Shown here: positions 24,965 to 25,458 of the stretch, in pieces
Position numbering within the stretch: position 1 is the first letter of the stretch
How the letters are laid out: each line of letters begins with the position of its first letter
Origin: Polyangiales bacterium
GTDB taxonomy: Bacteria; Myxococcota_A; Polyangia; Polyangiales; Ga0077539
Direction: 5' to 3'
DNA: 25,458 bases
Assembly (NCBI GenBank): GCA_044229975.1
Contig: JBGARZ010000034.1
Coordinates: 1-25,458 of the forward strand
Position numbers and translations under genes: made by a program
The notes under the pieces: generated by a model
The model's database searches: none
Told to the model about the DNA's origin: nothing
What the model saw: only the letters and a program-made list of their open reading frames with translations

Positions 24965-25342
24965 CTACGGCCCGTGAGCTGAATACCACGCGGGCGGGAG
25001 TAGGAGTTGAATGGGTTCACGGAGGCCGATGTGGTCCCGAAGCGGGGTGTGCCATGCCGAGAACTTCGACTCGCACCCGCTCCCGTCGAGCGATCGCAGT
25101 CGGAACGCGAGCCGACGCTCGAGGTGCTCCCGAGCGACGCGACCGTCGAAGCGGGGATCCCCCTCTCCCAGGGAGGCATAGATCGGGTGGGTCATCGTCC
25201 CGGGAGGTGGTGGTCCGCCTGGTAGCATGGTCGGAACGAACGCACAGAACTTCGAAGGGGCGAACAGTCCCGAGATGGGGTCAACCGCGAAGAACTGCAC
25301 GGAACGGCGCCCCCAATACGGTAAGCGCCCGGCGTAGGCCAT
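24965..25342 (-). CDS. Hypothetical protein or C-terminal fragment of a larger gene
   Basis: FAPSKFCAFV...MTHPIYASL..GDPRFDGRVAREHLERRL looks protein-like; an in-frame TAG near 25445 limits upstream extension. Confidence 0.45.
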   Translation of the reverse strand: MAYAGRLPYWGRRSVQFFAVDPISGLFAPSKFCAFVPTMLPGGPPPPGTMTHPIYASLGEGDPRFDGRVAREHLERRLAFRLRSLDGSGCESKFSAWHTPLRDHIGLREPIQLLLPPAWYSAHGP

Positions 25343-25458
25343 CTCGCGGGCACCTGACGGCGACCCCACCTTCGTGGCGTGATCCCGATCGCCCTCCTCC
25401 TCGCTCTCGTCGTTCTCTCGCCGCTGGTCGCCTGGCTCGTCGGACTACGGGTCCGTCG

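Overview
GC-rich bacterial accessory region; the lipoprotein and IS types suggest a myxobacterium-like host, but that is an inference. From left to right: (1) the probable right end of a tRNA-integrated element (1-1821), carrying an IS66 end that truncates a secreted pentapeptide-repeat gene, a DUF4431-like lipoprotein, an XRE regulator and a tRNA 3' fragment (att-like). (2) A phosphodiester-glycosidase-family lipoprotein followed by a CUT1-type sugar ABC importer whose binding protein has a C-terminal membrane anchor. (3) A convergent, translationally coupled operon of a SAM methyltransferase, a soluble histidine kinase and a receiver plus degenerate sigma54-activator-like AAA+ protein. (4) A mobile-element pile-up: a decayed 3-gene IS66, the 3' remnant of a group II intron, and an apparently intact 1973-bp IS I cannot assign to a family (13-bp TIRs, CTTAG direct repeats, candidate -1 frameshift signal). 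(5) A lower-GC set of nucleotidyltransferase, PhyH dioxygenase and GT4 genes interrupted by an intact single-ORF IS66 and an IS1380-like relic. (6) A hypothetical gene, an IS3-family element with an asymmetric right end, and an orphan PD-(D/E)XK-like nuclease candidate. I saw no CRISPR array, rRNA or complete tRNA. All family assignments come from motifs recognised by eye; no searches were run.
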